This document shows, in pieces, positions 23,461-35,536 of a stretch of 64,000 bases of DNA. The notes beneath the pieces are model-generated. The model saw nothing but the letters and a program-made list of their open reading frames with translations. It was not told the DNA's origin and ran no database searches. Both the position numbers and the translations under genes were made by a program. Positions within the stretch are counted from its first letter, which is position 1, and every line of letters begins with the position of its first letter. This DNA comes from Lophium mytilinum (taxonomy: Eukaryota): contig MU004187.1 of the NCBI GenBank assembly GCA_010093605.1, positions 558,001-622,000 of the forward strand, written 5' to 3'.

Positions 23461-24917
23461 GGGATATTCGGGCTCTTGTTCTCACGTTGCGATTTGTTGG
23501 GTTTTTCGTTTTCACTTACGGGGCATTCCACGCAGGGTCCGCAAAGGCGAGGGCCTTTTCGTCGTCCACAACGGCGGGAGGGGACCGCGCTTTACGATGT
23601 GCCAATCTGTCTAAGCCCGCTCACAGAAGAGAAGTAAGAGAGGAGTAAGAGAGGGGCCATTCCGTCAGGCATGGTATACGATTAAATGAGACACTTCCGA
23701 AATGGTAAGAGTACGACGCCTTTCAAGTTTTCAATGCCACGACAAAGAATGCACACCTCCAAAAATTGACTGTTTACTCGCGGAATGCACATTCATATCC
23801 CAATGCGATTTCAGAACATTCGATTAACGTTGTGGCGTGGGAAAATTCATGTCGTCAAGTCTCGGTTAGGTAAGCGGGTGTCTCATCTAATAGACGCATA
23901 CCGACATGCAATAAAGGGGCTGCTGCAAGCGCAAAACTTAGGCTTAGAGGGGTTACCATTATGTCAATCTGTCACTCCTTACTATATCAAGACGGTGTAT
24001 GCAGCACGGATTCCAAGGTAAGATAACCCCGGATACCGTACCGTACGTGCTGTCACGGACCACCTCATGGCTCTCCACTTGCGATTGGCAGCCAGCCCCT
24101 GTCACCGCTTTCGACGATCTTGATCAGCAGTATCAAACGGTAATATTCATAAATTTTGTGAACTCGCCACCCTGACGTAAGACTCACCCCTGTCAGTGGC
24201 GTCTGGCAGAAAAAGGGCACTTGCCCATGTCTGGGGTGCACATACGGCTGCGGTATGCGTCTAATCGTATACCATGCCTGCCGTATGACTTTTAACGGAT
24301 ATCGGCTGCGACTGTGGCGTCTGTGGCCGTGACTTACTCACAAGGTTCTTTTAACGACCCGAATCCCGGCTCTCCCGCCCTGTCCCGACCTCCGCGCGGC
24401 TCCAACTACAATCCTTCCAATTGAACGGAGATCATTGTTTATAGCGTTGAGTTCATGCTCGACGCAAGCCACACTCGCTAGACGTGCAAAACACGAGTCA
24501 TGATTTCCTATCGAAGACACTTTAGAAGTTATCATCAGCCGTAGCCCTCAACAAAAATGAACTTCACAGACTCTTTGACGAAGCCGATTTCGGCAGTCGC
24601 GGAACCTGCTCTGTTCGAAACGAGACGTGTCGTTAGACCAGGGGCTTAATTGCGCCGACCCTGGCTATGTGGAAAATCGTCCTGCTTGGCGACGGTAATG
24701 TGACTGAAAGGAAAAGTAAAGACAGTCCTATTGGATCGGGGCTGCCAGCATCAACAGGAGGTCTGCCCCTGGATCAAACGGCCAATGATACAGCCCCGGA
24801 GTGCGATAGACGGTGACTTTGAGAAACCAATTAGCATTACACCGCATGCATTCGAAGTTAGTCCGACAGGAGATTTTCTGTCTGCTCCTGGAGTTACTAT
24901 CTCCGTCTTTGCTAACT
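23461..24917 (+). ncRNA. Candidate large structured non-coding RNA, family unidentified
   Basis: Many nested helices with G-U pairs on the + strand, e.g. perfect 19 bp 23666-23684/24262-24280, 13 bp 23891-23903/24251-24263 and 9 bp 23686-23694/23878-23886. No credible ORF. Boundaries are approximate. Confidence 0.5.
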
Positions 24918-25868
24918 CAGGGCATCAGGACCACCTAGATATCAATGGCGAAGCTTCGAGGAACAACGAGTGGAGTTGCGATCGATATCAGCTGGATTCA
25001 TCCCAAGATCTGTGCCAGTGTAGTTTGAGCTTAGCCTTCTCGCTACCAATCTTTACTCCACGTGTCCGGAATTTGCTCCTCCCGGCTCAGGGGACGCAAG
25101 CGATCAATGCGAGTCAGTCTGGGGTAAACCTTAATGTACTTGCGCGACGCCTTTATCCGGGGGAATGCCTCAACACGGGGAATTATGCGGCAAGCGAACT
25201 CTTTTATGCATTTCCGGTAGTCTAATGCCCGGATCCAAGCCGGATGCAAAGCCATATTGAGTCTTGGCCATCGATGTGACTCTGGGGTAGCTCCATACAG
25301 CCTTATGTCGACATACCGCACAAACCGAGTTACCGGGCTATGCACGGCTCTCGCTTTCGTGCCGCCTCTGAACGCTTTCATGTCAATTCTCATATGTCGT
25401 TTCCTGTCCATAGCTTCTCATTTTTTGTGTCCTACATTTTCTTGAGGTTTCCTAACACGGCGAGTCGATTGCTGTACTTTTCTTTCGAAGTCAACATTGA
25501 CGCCAACAGCCGGTCCCAGCGCATTTGCCTCACCTTGATGCCTTTGACTTCGGGTCTTGTCTATCTGTGAAGTCCAGACTGTGTCAGGTGTCTGTATACC
25601 CTGCAGCAGATCGCTTCGTCCAGTCTTCGAACGTACCTTACTCTCCGCGATTTGGAACTCAGCACGTAAGCTCAGCTTACTTAGAAGCACGCCGATCAAG
25701 CTAATGACTCTCACCCTTGTGCCAGAGGAAGATAACCTGGGTATACAAGACCTCGCTCTCCAGCCCTGTTCAAGCATTTTTCTTGCCGTATATCGGTCCC
25801 CATGGTGTTTCGCGGGAGTCTATCCGATACACTCTTTCTTAATCCTATCCTATCTGCAACGGAGCATA

Positions 25869-27427
25869 ATGAGTACCGTCCCAGGAGCTATTGCGCCTCC
25901 TCCAGGCGTTACACCGCATTTTCATGGACCAATGAACGACAAGCAAAAGCAGGTCGCTACCACAGCCTCCGTGACTATGGCACTCTCGACCCTGTTCCTG
26001 GTGCTCCGATTATATACGCGTGGGGTGATCGTAAAGTCTTTTGGGTCAGATGATTGTGAGTCTGCTACCGTAATTTGGATTCTCGCCAACACAGACAAGT
26101 CACTGACAGATCTCAAGATGCTGCGATAATAGCATGGGTAGGAGTAGTGGAATAGAAATTGTAGAGTTTAGTCTGAGATTCGGCAGGCCTTTGCTATAAC
26201 ATTCGCCTCTCTTTCCTTTCCTGGTAAGTCTAACTAGGAAGTAAAGCTGCTACAGCAACTTATTTTTGATTCTAACATAGTGTGCAGCAATACACAGCGG
26301 ATTTGGACAGCATTTCTGGAACATACCAGTCACTGACCTGCATCCGTTTTTGAAGGTAAGTGAGTGATGCCGTCATAAAGTATCTGACACAAACTAAGAC
26401 ATTCAAAGCTTATAGGAACGATAGCCATTCTCTACGTCTGGGCAACTACGTTGCCCAAGGTATCACTGCTACTTTTGTGGGACTTGCCAATGCTTCTTCA
26501 TGCTATACACTACTGACTATATCCTCCCAGGTACCATCGACTTACTCCAGATAAGACATTTCGACTCGCCATTTATGTTTTACTATTCATTATACTAGCC
26601 TTCACGCTCTCACACACAATCATTGTCGCCGCTGGATGCAGCCCACTCGACTCTTCAAAATCAGGTTGCCTGAACACCCTGTCGTTCGCTGCCGGAGTGA
26701 TCAACATCATTTGCTACGGTTTTGTGATGATCTTGCCACTTCCTCTGGTCTGGAGCCTCCAGCTACCCCGTAGGCAAAAGATTGGCCTGGGCCTACTGTT
26801 TGCGGGAGGGTCATTGTAAGCTTTTAGTTCACCAATCCTACAGCTTTTCGTTTCGTTGCTAACTATTTCGTTGTCTTGAAAAGAGTAATTATTGCAAGTA
26901 TCATCCGAGTCCGGCTCGCGAAGGCTTTACAGGGAAAGAGAGACGTCTCGTTTGCGGAGGGTGACATTGGTATATGGTCGTAAGTATCATTTCCATATTC
27001 AAACATCCTAGTTTCCTTTCGCGAAAGTTCTAACATCGACCAACGCTGTAGACTAGTAGAAATCAACGTCGGAGTAATATGCAACTGTCTAGTCGTCATG
27101 AAGCCCTTCTTCCGCCGACACCTGGGTAATATCCTGGGATCTTCAGGAGCGGATTCGGAAAACTCACCCTTTTCGTTTAACATTGGCTCCGTGTTCTCTC
27201 GCTTTAACAAGAAGCAACGCGAACCGCGGTCTTATCGCCTCGCGTCCCTTGATAGAGCAAGTCGTCCTGGAGATGCGGGACTACAAATGCCGCAGAGGGC
27301 TCAGAGGAGTATTACTGTGAGCCATACCTACGAAGTCTCAGGGAACAGGGGCGAGTTTGATACGGAGAGTACAGAGGATATGATGAAGAGTGTAGGGGAT
27401 GGACGAGCAGCGAAAGATCTAGTTTGA
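25869..27427 (+). CDS. PTH11-like integral membrane protein (fungal rhodopsin-domain, GPCR-like; no CFEM)
   Basis: Eight exons reconstructed by eye: 25869-26055, 26118-26137, 26187-26223, 26288-26355, then ~26410-26476, ~26531-26815, ~26884-26979, ~27051-27427. Motifs APPPGVTPHF, LRLYTR..FGSDD, GFGQHFWN, LPKVSLLLLYHRL, LPLPLVWSLQLPRRQKIGL, WSLVEINVGVICNCL. Confidence 0.88.
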
Positions 27428-27835
27428 ATAGACTCTATCACATGCGAATCCTGTTTTATCTCAAGGTTTTAGCGGCATAGTTACATATCACAAATCAATC
27501 AACTAAAATAATGCCGTCAAAAGGAAGTCTAGCTCGGTGCCATTTCAGAAATGCATCGATAGATTTTATCTCGAAGTTTCTTGCCCGAAAGACCTCTACT
27601 CTGCTCAAATAATGACATCGGTTTACATGTATTTCGAACAGCATGCTCATTTCAGGATACCCCAGGAAAAGATCAGGAGACAAATATAGGCGCATTATCC
27701 ACGGTCACGTGAGCGCCAAGCCCCCAAACGTCCAGCTTGCATTTCCATCTGTAGCAGCACGGACAACAACCACTTGTAGGTTTCACACACGCCTCATCCA
27801 CACCACCTACAGACACCGTCAACAACCATCCAGCC

Positions 27836-28790
27836 ATGTGGATAGTAAACTGGTGCGCTCTCCTCGGCCTCCTCCCCCTCTGAATAACCCCTCTAACCTC
27901 GCCGCAGGTGTAAGCAACCCCCCCGGCGAATCCTCGCATGCTCCGGCAGTCTTGCGATTCCGAGATATATTACGCCCGTCCACTTGAAGGAGAACGAGGA
28001 AGCTGATCTGATGATGCGCGCGGGACAGTCTTCGATGTGCTCGCCAGCCTGGGCCTGCTGAACAAGCACGCCAAGCTGCTGTTTCTGGGCCTCGACAATG
28101 CCGGCAAGACGACGCTGTTGCACATGCTCAAAAACGATCGGGTTGCGGTTTTGCAGCCAAGTAAGCACTCTCTTCCCTCTTCAAAAACCATCAATCAGAC
28201 GCAGAGAACGCGGGCTAACACGTTGCGACTAAAGCTCTCCACCCCAGTACGTCCTCATTAACTTCAACTCACCCCACCACCTCCACAATCCAAATCGGCC
28301 ACTAACCAGCCCTCCCACCCCCAACAGCCTCCGAAGAACTCTCCATCGGCAACGTAAAATTCACGACCTTCGACCTGGGCGGCCACCAGCAGGCGCGCCG
28401 GCTGTGGCGCGACTACTTCCCCGAAGTGTCGGGCATTGTGTTCCTCGTCGACGCCAAAGACCACGAGCGGCTGCCCGAGAGCAAGGCCGAGCTGGACGCG
28501 CTGCTGTCCATGGAGGAGCTGTCCAACACGCCGTTTGTGGTGCTCGGGAACAAGATCGACCACCCGGATGCCGTGAGCGAGGACCAGCTGCGCGCGAGCC
28601 TGGGCCTGTACCAGACGACGGGCAAGGGGAAGGTGCCGCTGGAGGGCATCAGGCCGATTGAGGTGTTTATGTGTAGTGTGGTTATGCGGCAGGGTGAGTG
28701 ACCGAAGTGACTGCCGATTTGCGTTTGGGAGTCTCGCTAACGGGGATAGGGTACGGTGAGGGCATTCGATGGCTCAGCCAGTACGTCTAG
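27836..28790 (+). CDS. SAR1: Small COPII GTPase Sar1 (189 aa)
   Basis: Exons 27836-27852, 27908-27909, 28029-28160, 28235-28246, 28328-28693 and 28750-28790 total 570 nt. [51 protein letters not shown]. Confidence 0.97.
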
Positions 28791-29381
28791 ATGACACGGA
28801 GGTTGTCGGTCGCGGAAGAGAGAGGCGAGGTGGGTATCAGATTTGGAGGGAGGAGCAGGGTCACTTTTCCAAAGCGTGCTGGCGTTTGGCAGCAACTTTC
28901 ACGACATATGACCCCCACCACGACGACTTCTTGCACCACCCTAGTAGAGCGATTCGAGAAATGCCGAGGGGTCTGGAAGGTGGCAAGCAGACGTCAGACC
29001 TTGATGCTTTTTCCTTTCGGGTTGCATGAGTAGAGCTGCGATTTCAAGACTGCTGCAATCAATCAATCAAATCAAAGTCCATTTACTTCACCATCCCATG
29101 TTTTGAATTTCTACCGATGCTCATTTTTAGTATTCGACTTTGATATTCAACTTTCTAGTTTCAGAGCTATCTCTATCCGAGTCGGAGTTATGCAAACCAC
29201 ATCGCAGAGGAGTTCTGCCACTCTGTAAGAGCTTCCCGGCCTGCCCGGGTATTAACTGAGAAACTGATATGCTATAAATGCACCCTGGTGAACGCCGTAC
29301 CACCATCCTTTTCCAGCCTCGAAAAAACTCCGGCCAGTAGCTAAACGACTTAGGGAAACCTGACCTCACATCCATAGCCGA

Positions 29382-30828
29382 TCAGAGATTGACATCCGCC
29401 TCCAATACCGCCGACACAAGCTTTGACCGCCCGCTCGCCAGAACGCGCTCGGCAAGCACATCTCCTACCTTCTCCGCCAACCTCTCGCGCACGCCTTCCG
29501 AGTTGCCGATCCCGTTCACCATCCCCACCACCCCATTCTCCAGCCGCATAAGCCCTTGTAGCAGCACGCGGGTCACCATCTCAGCCTCGATCTTGCGGCT
29601 TTCGTCAGCAAGACCCTCTTTCAGGATGCTGTCGTAGAGCCGAAGGTTCGGAATAACCAGCAGGCGGACGCCGTCCTGGCCGGAGATGCCGAGCAGGCCG
29701 ATGACGGCGCCGTAGTGTGAACCGAAAGGCATGTCGGGATTCATGAACGCCTTCAGGCAGGTGCGCGCGATGCGTGGTTTCAGGGTGGCTGATGTCTCGG
29801 CGTAGTGCTTGCAGACATGTGTAAGGATGGACGCGGCGAGGTCGCGGAGGGCGAAGTGGGCGAGGGAGTTGGAGGCATGGGGGTTGTTGCCGTTGGAGGT
29901 GAGGGAGTCGGAGGGGTTTGTAGTCGTGGGAGGTGGGCCTAGGTGCTTGCCGATTAGGCAGGTTAGGACGGCTGGGACGAGGGCCGGAATGTAGGGGTCG
30001 AGGAAGATGGTCGGGTTTGAGAGCAGCGCGGCCGTCGCTTGCATCATCTGCGTTAGTACGAAGAGGTTCTTCAGACAGTGTGTTACCTTCTCCGCGAAGA
30101 AGGTTATGAGGTATGAGACGAGCTGGTGGATGCCGGGATCGGTGCGGAGGGAGGCGAGGGCGGCGTTGCGCCATTCTTCGTTTGTCTCATCAACGAGGGC
30201 GCTGGAGAGCTTGTTATAGAGCTCGATGGATTCTTTGCTGAGGACGTGCTTGATTTGCGGCTTGACGGCGATGTTGTCATTGCCATTCACAGCTGCGAGG
30301 TGGGGGTTTGCGCCTGGTCCCTTGGGGAGCAGCTCGGTATGCCGTGAGTCGGCGGAGGTAGGGTTCTGGGGTATTGAGGGCTGCACGCCTTCTACGGCTA
30401 GCCAGTGTGCTGCGGTCTGATTAGTTTGGGGGTTGCGGGTTGAGAAAAGGTGTCGTACCGGTGAAGGTGATCTCTTTCGGGACTTTTGGCAACGGCGAGT
30501 TGATCATCTTCTCGAAATCCACCTCCTCGTCCTCAACATAGTAGAGCGGCTGCCCTGGCCCAATTGAAGCCTCCCCAAAGCGCAGTGGTCGCGTCGACTC
30601 GTAGCCGTACAGCGGCTCCACGTTCAGGACGCGCAAAGCGTTCGAGATGTCCTGTGTGCCCAACGTCGTCCGCTTCCCGTGGCGCATGAACTTCAGCGCC
30701 TCCTCAAGCAGCTGAGTAATTCGGAAGTCGACATCCCGAGCCAACTCGTCCACCACGTTGTCGCTGAGAGCCTGGATGCCTACTGATTCGGCGACGTCCT
30801 TGATATTGTCGGGGTTCCAGACCGACAT
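29382..30828 (-). CDS. TAF6: TFIID/SAGA subunit TAF6
   Basis: Exons 30828-30459 and 30409-29382. Histone fold ([20 protein letters not shown]), [35 protein letters not shown]. Confidence 0.96.
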
Positions 30829-32309
30829 GGTGGCAGGCAGAGGTGTGTCGGAGGGTCGTCAGGCGAGGGCGGCCCGTTGGGAGTCGGCGCGGTAGCACGG
30901 CGGCGTGTGCGATGGTTGTGGTGTATCACCGGGTGGGTTGGAGAGTGCCAGCCCTATGCAGGGGACCTAAAGGACATGCCGGTTCACTGCATGAAAGTCG
31001 CCGTCGGCGCCGTTTTTCTCCGGTAAAATTGGGCGGGGAGCAGGAATCGGCGAGTCGGGGCTGCTGTACGCGCTGGTGGTTCGTAAGAGGTGGTGGTGAT
31101 GAGTGAGGTGGATGTGGTGCGGATAGTAAATGGTGAATGGCGGAGGTGAGGTCGGAAATGCATGCATAAGTGCTTGGCACAAGCACATGTTGTCGTTCAT
31201 CCATGCATATCTCCAACCTCAGCCCTTCAACCTCACTCGTCTCCTAACCAGCTTCATTTCTCATTTACTTAGTACCCGGACATTAAGGCCCCCATCAACC
31301 ATGTTCTCCTTTCGGACAAAACAGACACCACGGTTCTGATATCTCTCTCGCGTTTGCTCCTGCAAAGAACCCAGAGAAGCCTAGTTACATGCAGCAAATA
31401 AATGCTCCACAAACACCATGCCCTCGGCTTACCGCAATGAGATATCGAGACTAATTGTAGAACCTACGCCTCGGGACTCCCCAAAGCCCGCCGCCTCATT
31501 AGCCTATAGTACAGGCCCATCCCGTCGGCGCTCTGTCGCGCCTCGTAGACAGGCATATCAACGGCGCGGGCCGGCTGGCTGCATGCCTCTCGCTCGGTTT
31601 GACCGCCTATTAACACCTAACACCTCGTTGCATAGATGCCACGATGGGCGGAGATGATTCCCTGCTGCAGGCGGCTCTGTTCACTGCTTCCCCGGGCGAA
31701 TGAGACTGGTTGTTGCTATCGTCATGGGCTGGCGGGCCCCATCACATTCCCACCAACTTTGCCAACGACTGATGCAAGCTCCACCACACTGCTTGTCCGA
31801 CTTCGGTAGCAAGATTCCAGCCACAGTCCTGCGCTGGCGCTCGACTTGTCGGGGGTGTTCGCGTGTTTGTGGTCGCCGTCCACGCTGTCGCCCGCCCTCG
31901 CCTTCCTGTTCTCCAATCTCCCTTTAGAATGAAACGAACTTTCCCGTCTTCCCGCCCGGGCCGTTGCGATTGTCGAGATTTGCTTCAGCAATCGCGTTAT
32001 GTGTTTGCCCGGCGAGCTGTGCCTTCTCTTCACCGCTCCAACTGGCTCCTTGGGTACTTAACGGCCACTAACCCATTCGTACTTCGCTTTCTGAGAAAAG
32101 ACTTCGATTGCACGCACGCTAAGACTTCCCGTTGAACATACCTAACGCTGCGGGCCTTTCGCTTTCGGGTTTCCTACCTCCTTCGCTATTTTCGTACTTC
32201 CTTCTAAGTTGTTCAGGACATCATGGTTTTCGCTGCCGAGTCACTTTTCTCTCCGTATTTCGAAGACCGTTTGACAGCCACCAAACTGGAACAAACTCCA
32301 CCGATTGCC

Positions 32310-32532
32310 ATGGCGCCGAAGAAGACGACTTTCCTGGAAATGCTATTCCCTTCTCGGCAGAAGTCTCGAGGAGATCCTCCATCGCCCCCTCCTCAGCCTC
32401 CACCAAGTCCGACTGGATGGACCGGGAAGATCGTCAAAGATGACACGGATGTGGTATGTACATGGCATGAACAAGCCTAAACGTGATTTAGAGCTGACGA
32501 ACTGTCAGATTGCTCTTCCAGGGTGGTACTAG
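32310..32532 (+). CDS. Small spliced proline-rich ORF (55 aa; longer if started at in-frame ATG 32223)
   Basis: Exons 32310-32453 and 32509-32532; canonical intron GTATGT..CTGAC..CAG; good start context gccATGG. MAPKKTTFLEMLFPSRQKSRGDPPSPPPQPPPSPTGWTGKIVKDDTDVIALPGWY. Confidence 0.55.
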
Positions 32533-33342
32533 TTGCGAGTGTGCATCTGAGCAAAGGCGACGGTACTACCTTCTTACACCCACACATTCGGTTCAACGTC
32601 CAACTGACGAGCGTCCAAAGCTTCATTACATCCCAACGCTTAAAGTCGCCATAACTGTTGGGACGACATGAGGAGAATCATCCGAGACCTACCATCCCTG
32701 TTCAGCAATTCGTTGTTCCTCTTCATTTCTCACTGTCGCTGCCTCCAGATTGGGTCCACTTCTCATCCACTCTTCAACTACCTTTTCGGCTTTCGGTTCC
32801 TCTTTGTAATTCTCTCCTAGTCGTTGCTTCGTTGAGACTGAGACTTAGATTGGTTGGATTAGAGCAAGAGTGCGCAAGCATTTTCAGTTTCCCTCTCTCT
32901 TCCCTCATACTGTACTCCAACCAAGATACTTTTCCCAGCTGTGTTCTGGCGCGCATTTTGAAGTCGACTTTCTCTGGAGAGCGACCTAGGTTGAATTACG
33001 AATATTCTAATTTCGCTGCATTCCTCATTTGTTTTCCCGGCATGTTCGATTGCTGTACACATTTGGCCGAGAATGCGCTTTGTGCTACAAGCAAGGGACG
33101 TGCAACCATACATGTCATCAACTATCTTTCTTTGTCTCTTCCCAATGGCGTGAAACTTCTCTCGTCCTAACATGCAACCGCTAAATCACACTCGCAATCT
33201 ACGTACGGCTAACTCGTCCGCCACCTCGCCTACTCCTTTGTTCTGCAGTCGTTGCCAATAAGCCTCTCCCACCAGTCTCACATCGCGTCTCCTGCAACGT
33301 TGTACTTTCCTTCGTGTTCCCACGCGACCCTGTCACAGCACC

Positions 33343-34962
33343 ATGACTCGAGAGCCGTTAAACGTTGTAATTCTAGGTGGATCATTCGCTGGTATCTCTG
33401 TTGCCCATCAATTTCTCGACCATATTATTTCATCATTGAGCACCTTCGAAGAGGCACCCACATATCGAGTCATCCTCGTGAGCCCATCTACGCATCTTTA
33501 TTGGAACATATGCGCACCACGCGCGCTTGTCTCTGAAGAGCTCATACCGGTCGAGTCTGCCTTCGTAGAGATTGAGCCGGGTTTTAGCCGCTACCCCTTC
33601 AATGTCTTTACTTTCATGCAAGGGTCGGCAACAAGGGTTGATACGAGTGCGCATACGGTCACAGTTGAGCTTGCATCCGATGACAATAACAAAACGTCGA
33701 AACGTTCCTCTGCGCTCTCGGGAGTGACCGACCGCTCTGAATCCACCACAGGAGCTCGAACTGCTATCCCAAATTCCCCGACTACTCCCACCGACTATCG
33801 ACCTACAGGAGCATCTAGAACTAGCACTGTACAGACGGTTCCGTACCATGCTCTTATTCTCGCCACAGGAACTTCGGCCAACTCGCCCCTTTATTCTCTT
33901 CATGGCTCCCACGAAGACACCATTGCGGATATTCGCCATTTTCATACGCAAGTTCAGAATGCCCAGAGCATTCTGATAGTAGGAGGTGGACCCTCCGGAG
34001 TCGAAACCGCCGGACAGCTTGCCTGCTTCTACAATTGGCATCCACGCTGGCCCTCCCAGCCCATGAAAACACACAAGACCCCGCCTACAGCAGCGCCCAA
34101 ACCCAACAAAAACCGTCTCAATGCCATCAAATCCCTCTCCTGCTTCAGCACCCCCAAAACCAAGCCCCCTCCCACCACCTCTTCCACCACCGCCACCACC
34201 CCCTCGATCCAAATTACCCCTCCCACCACCACCACCCGGCCCCCTCCACCTCGCACCCGCAAAACCATCACCCTCCTCTCCGGCTCCACCCGCCTCCTAC
34301 CCAAACTCCCCGAGCCCGTCGGCGCGCACGCCTCAAAACAGCTCTCCAAACTCGGCGTGCACGTCGTGCACGCGATCCGCCAAATCGGCACGACCACCAA
34401 CGCCGACGGCACCGCCAACAGCATCCTCTCCAACGACATGACCATGACGGCCGACATCGTCATCGAAGCCACGGGCGTCGCGCCCAACACGCGCTACCTC
34501 CCCTCCAGCATGCTCGACGAGAACGGCTACGTGCTCACGGACCCGGAAGACCTCCGCGTCTACGGGCCGGACATTGGCGCGCGCGTGTACGCCGTCGGCG
34601 ACTGCGCGAGTTACAGCAAGAACTATGTGCTGGATGTGTACGAGGCGGTGCCGGTGCTGGCGCGGAATCTGATGAATGATTTGCTGGCGCATGAGTATCG
34701 GGTCGAGGCGCAGTTGAGTCGGGCGGAGCCGGCGGAGGTGGTGAGGCGGGTGGAGAGGCTGAAGGATGCGCGGTTTGTGCAGAATCCGTCGGATAGCCAG
34801 TTGATGCCGATTAGTAGGTATGGCGGGGTGGGGGTTATTTTTGATCTGAGGGTGCCGAGTTTTATGGTGCATTTGTTGAAGGGGAGGGATTATAAGCTGG
34901 GGAAGGCCGGGGCGGTGGTGGGGAGGGGGAAGAATCCGTATGCGGCGCCGGGGAAGGGGTAG
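33343..34962 (+). CDS. AIF/AMID (FSP1)-like FAD/NAD(P)H oxidoreductase with low-complexity insertions
   Basis: VVILGGSFAG, WNICAPRAL, YHALILATG, ILIVGGGPSGVETAG, VYAVGD. Confidence 0.88.
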   Translation: MTREPLNVVILGGSFAGISVAHQFLDHIISSLSTFEEAPTYRVILVSPSTHLYWNICAPRALVSEELIPVESAFVEIEPGFSRYPFNVFTFMQGSATRVDTSAHTVTVELASDDNNKTSKRSSALSGVTDRSESTTGARTAIPNSPTTPTDYRPTGASRTSTVQTVPYHALILATGTSANSPLYSLHGSHEDTIADIRHFHTQVQNAQSILIVGGGPSGVETAGQLACFYNWHPRWPSQPMKTHKTPPTAAPKPNKNRLNAIKSLSCFSTPKTKPPPTTSSTTATTPSIQITPPTTTTRPPPPRTRKTITLLSGSTRLLPKLPEPVGAHASKQLSKLGVHVVHAIRQIGTTTNADGTANSILSNDMTMTADIVIEATGVAPNTRYLPSSMLDENGYVLTDPEDLRVYGPDIGARVYAVGDCASYSKNYVLDVYEAVPVLARNLMNDLLAHEYRVEAQLSRAEPAEVVRRVERLKDARFVQNPSDSQLMPISRYGGVGVIFDLRVPSFMVHLLKGRDYKLGKAGAVVGRGKNPYAAPGKG

Positions 34963-35536
34963 GGGCTGGAGTTTGGGAGGTTGCTTTCCTGGGGTTGGGT
35001 TGTTGGGGTGGATGGCTTTTTAGATTTTTGAATGGGTATTGGATTTGGGATATTCGATTTAAGGGGCTTGGACGGGATTTGGCACTCATATGTCTCATTG
35101 TGATATATATCTCACATCTTGAGAATGATCGAAGAGGCTTATTTTAAACGTAGGTATGATTAGTTTCAATCTAATTGCAATGATATTAGAAGACTGTTGA
35201 GAATGACCGATCTTGAATCTATAAGTATTGTCTTCTTGAGATGCAGGCCAGAGGTGCCTCGATTGGCAAGAGAGAAGAATCTTTACCCATTGTCTACAAT
35301 ACCATGGATTCATGCATAGAGCGTAAACCGTTTTATTGCAAAAAACGTGCGTCAATTCTCTTTACACTGACATGACGAGAGACGGCTAGAAAAGACATTT
35401 GCAGCAAGAAGTAATTTATGCGGCTGCTTTCGCCTCGCGTGATCTATTAGAACGCTAATCTAGCTATGAAGAGCAACATGCGGAAACCAAAGTTTAGAGT
35501 TGATACACTTAGATTGAATGGAAGTTGTACACGGTT

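Noticed and set aside
23937..23947. Minus-strand CTAAGCCTAAG as a TTAGGC-type telomerase template
   Set aside because: G-U pairing favours a + strand RNA and filamentous ascomycetes mostly use TTAGGG; likely chance.
23461..24845. RNase P or RNase MRP identity for the structured region
   Set aside because: GGGATATTCGGG, ACCCGAATCCCGG, GAGTGCGAT and AGGGGCTTAA resemble conserved regions, but I could not build a consistent P4 pseudoknot. Left unassigned pending Infernal.
24560..24870. Group I intron (TTCACAGACT R-like, AATTGCG P-like, AGTCC S-like words)
   Set aside because: The motifs are in the wrong order, P7 cannot be formed properly, and there is no host gene.
24731..25411. ORFs 24731-25225 (+) and 25043-25411 (-)
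   Set aside because: No recognisable motifs or coding-like composition.
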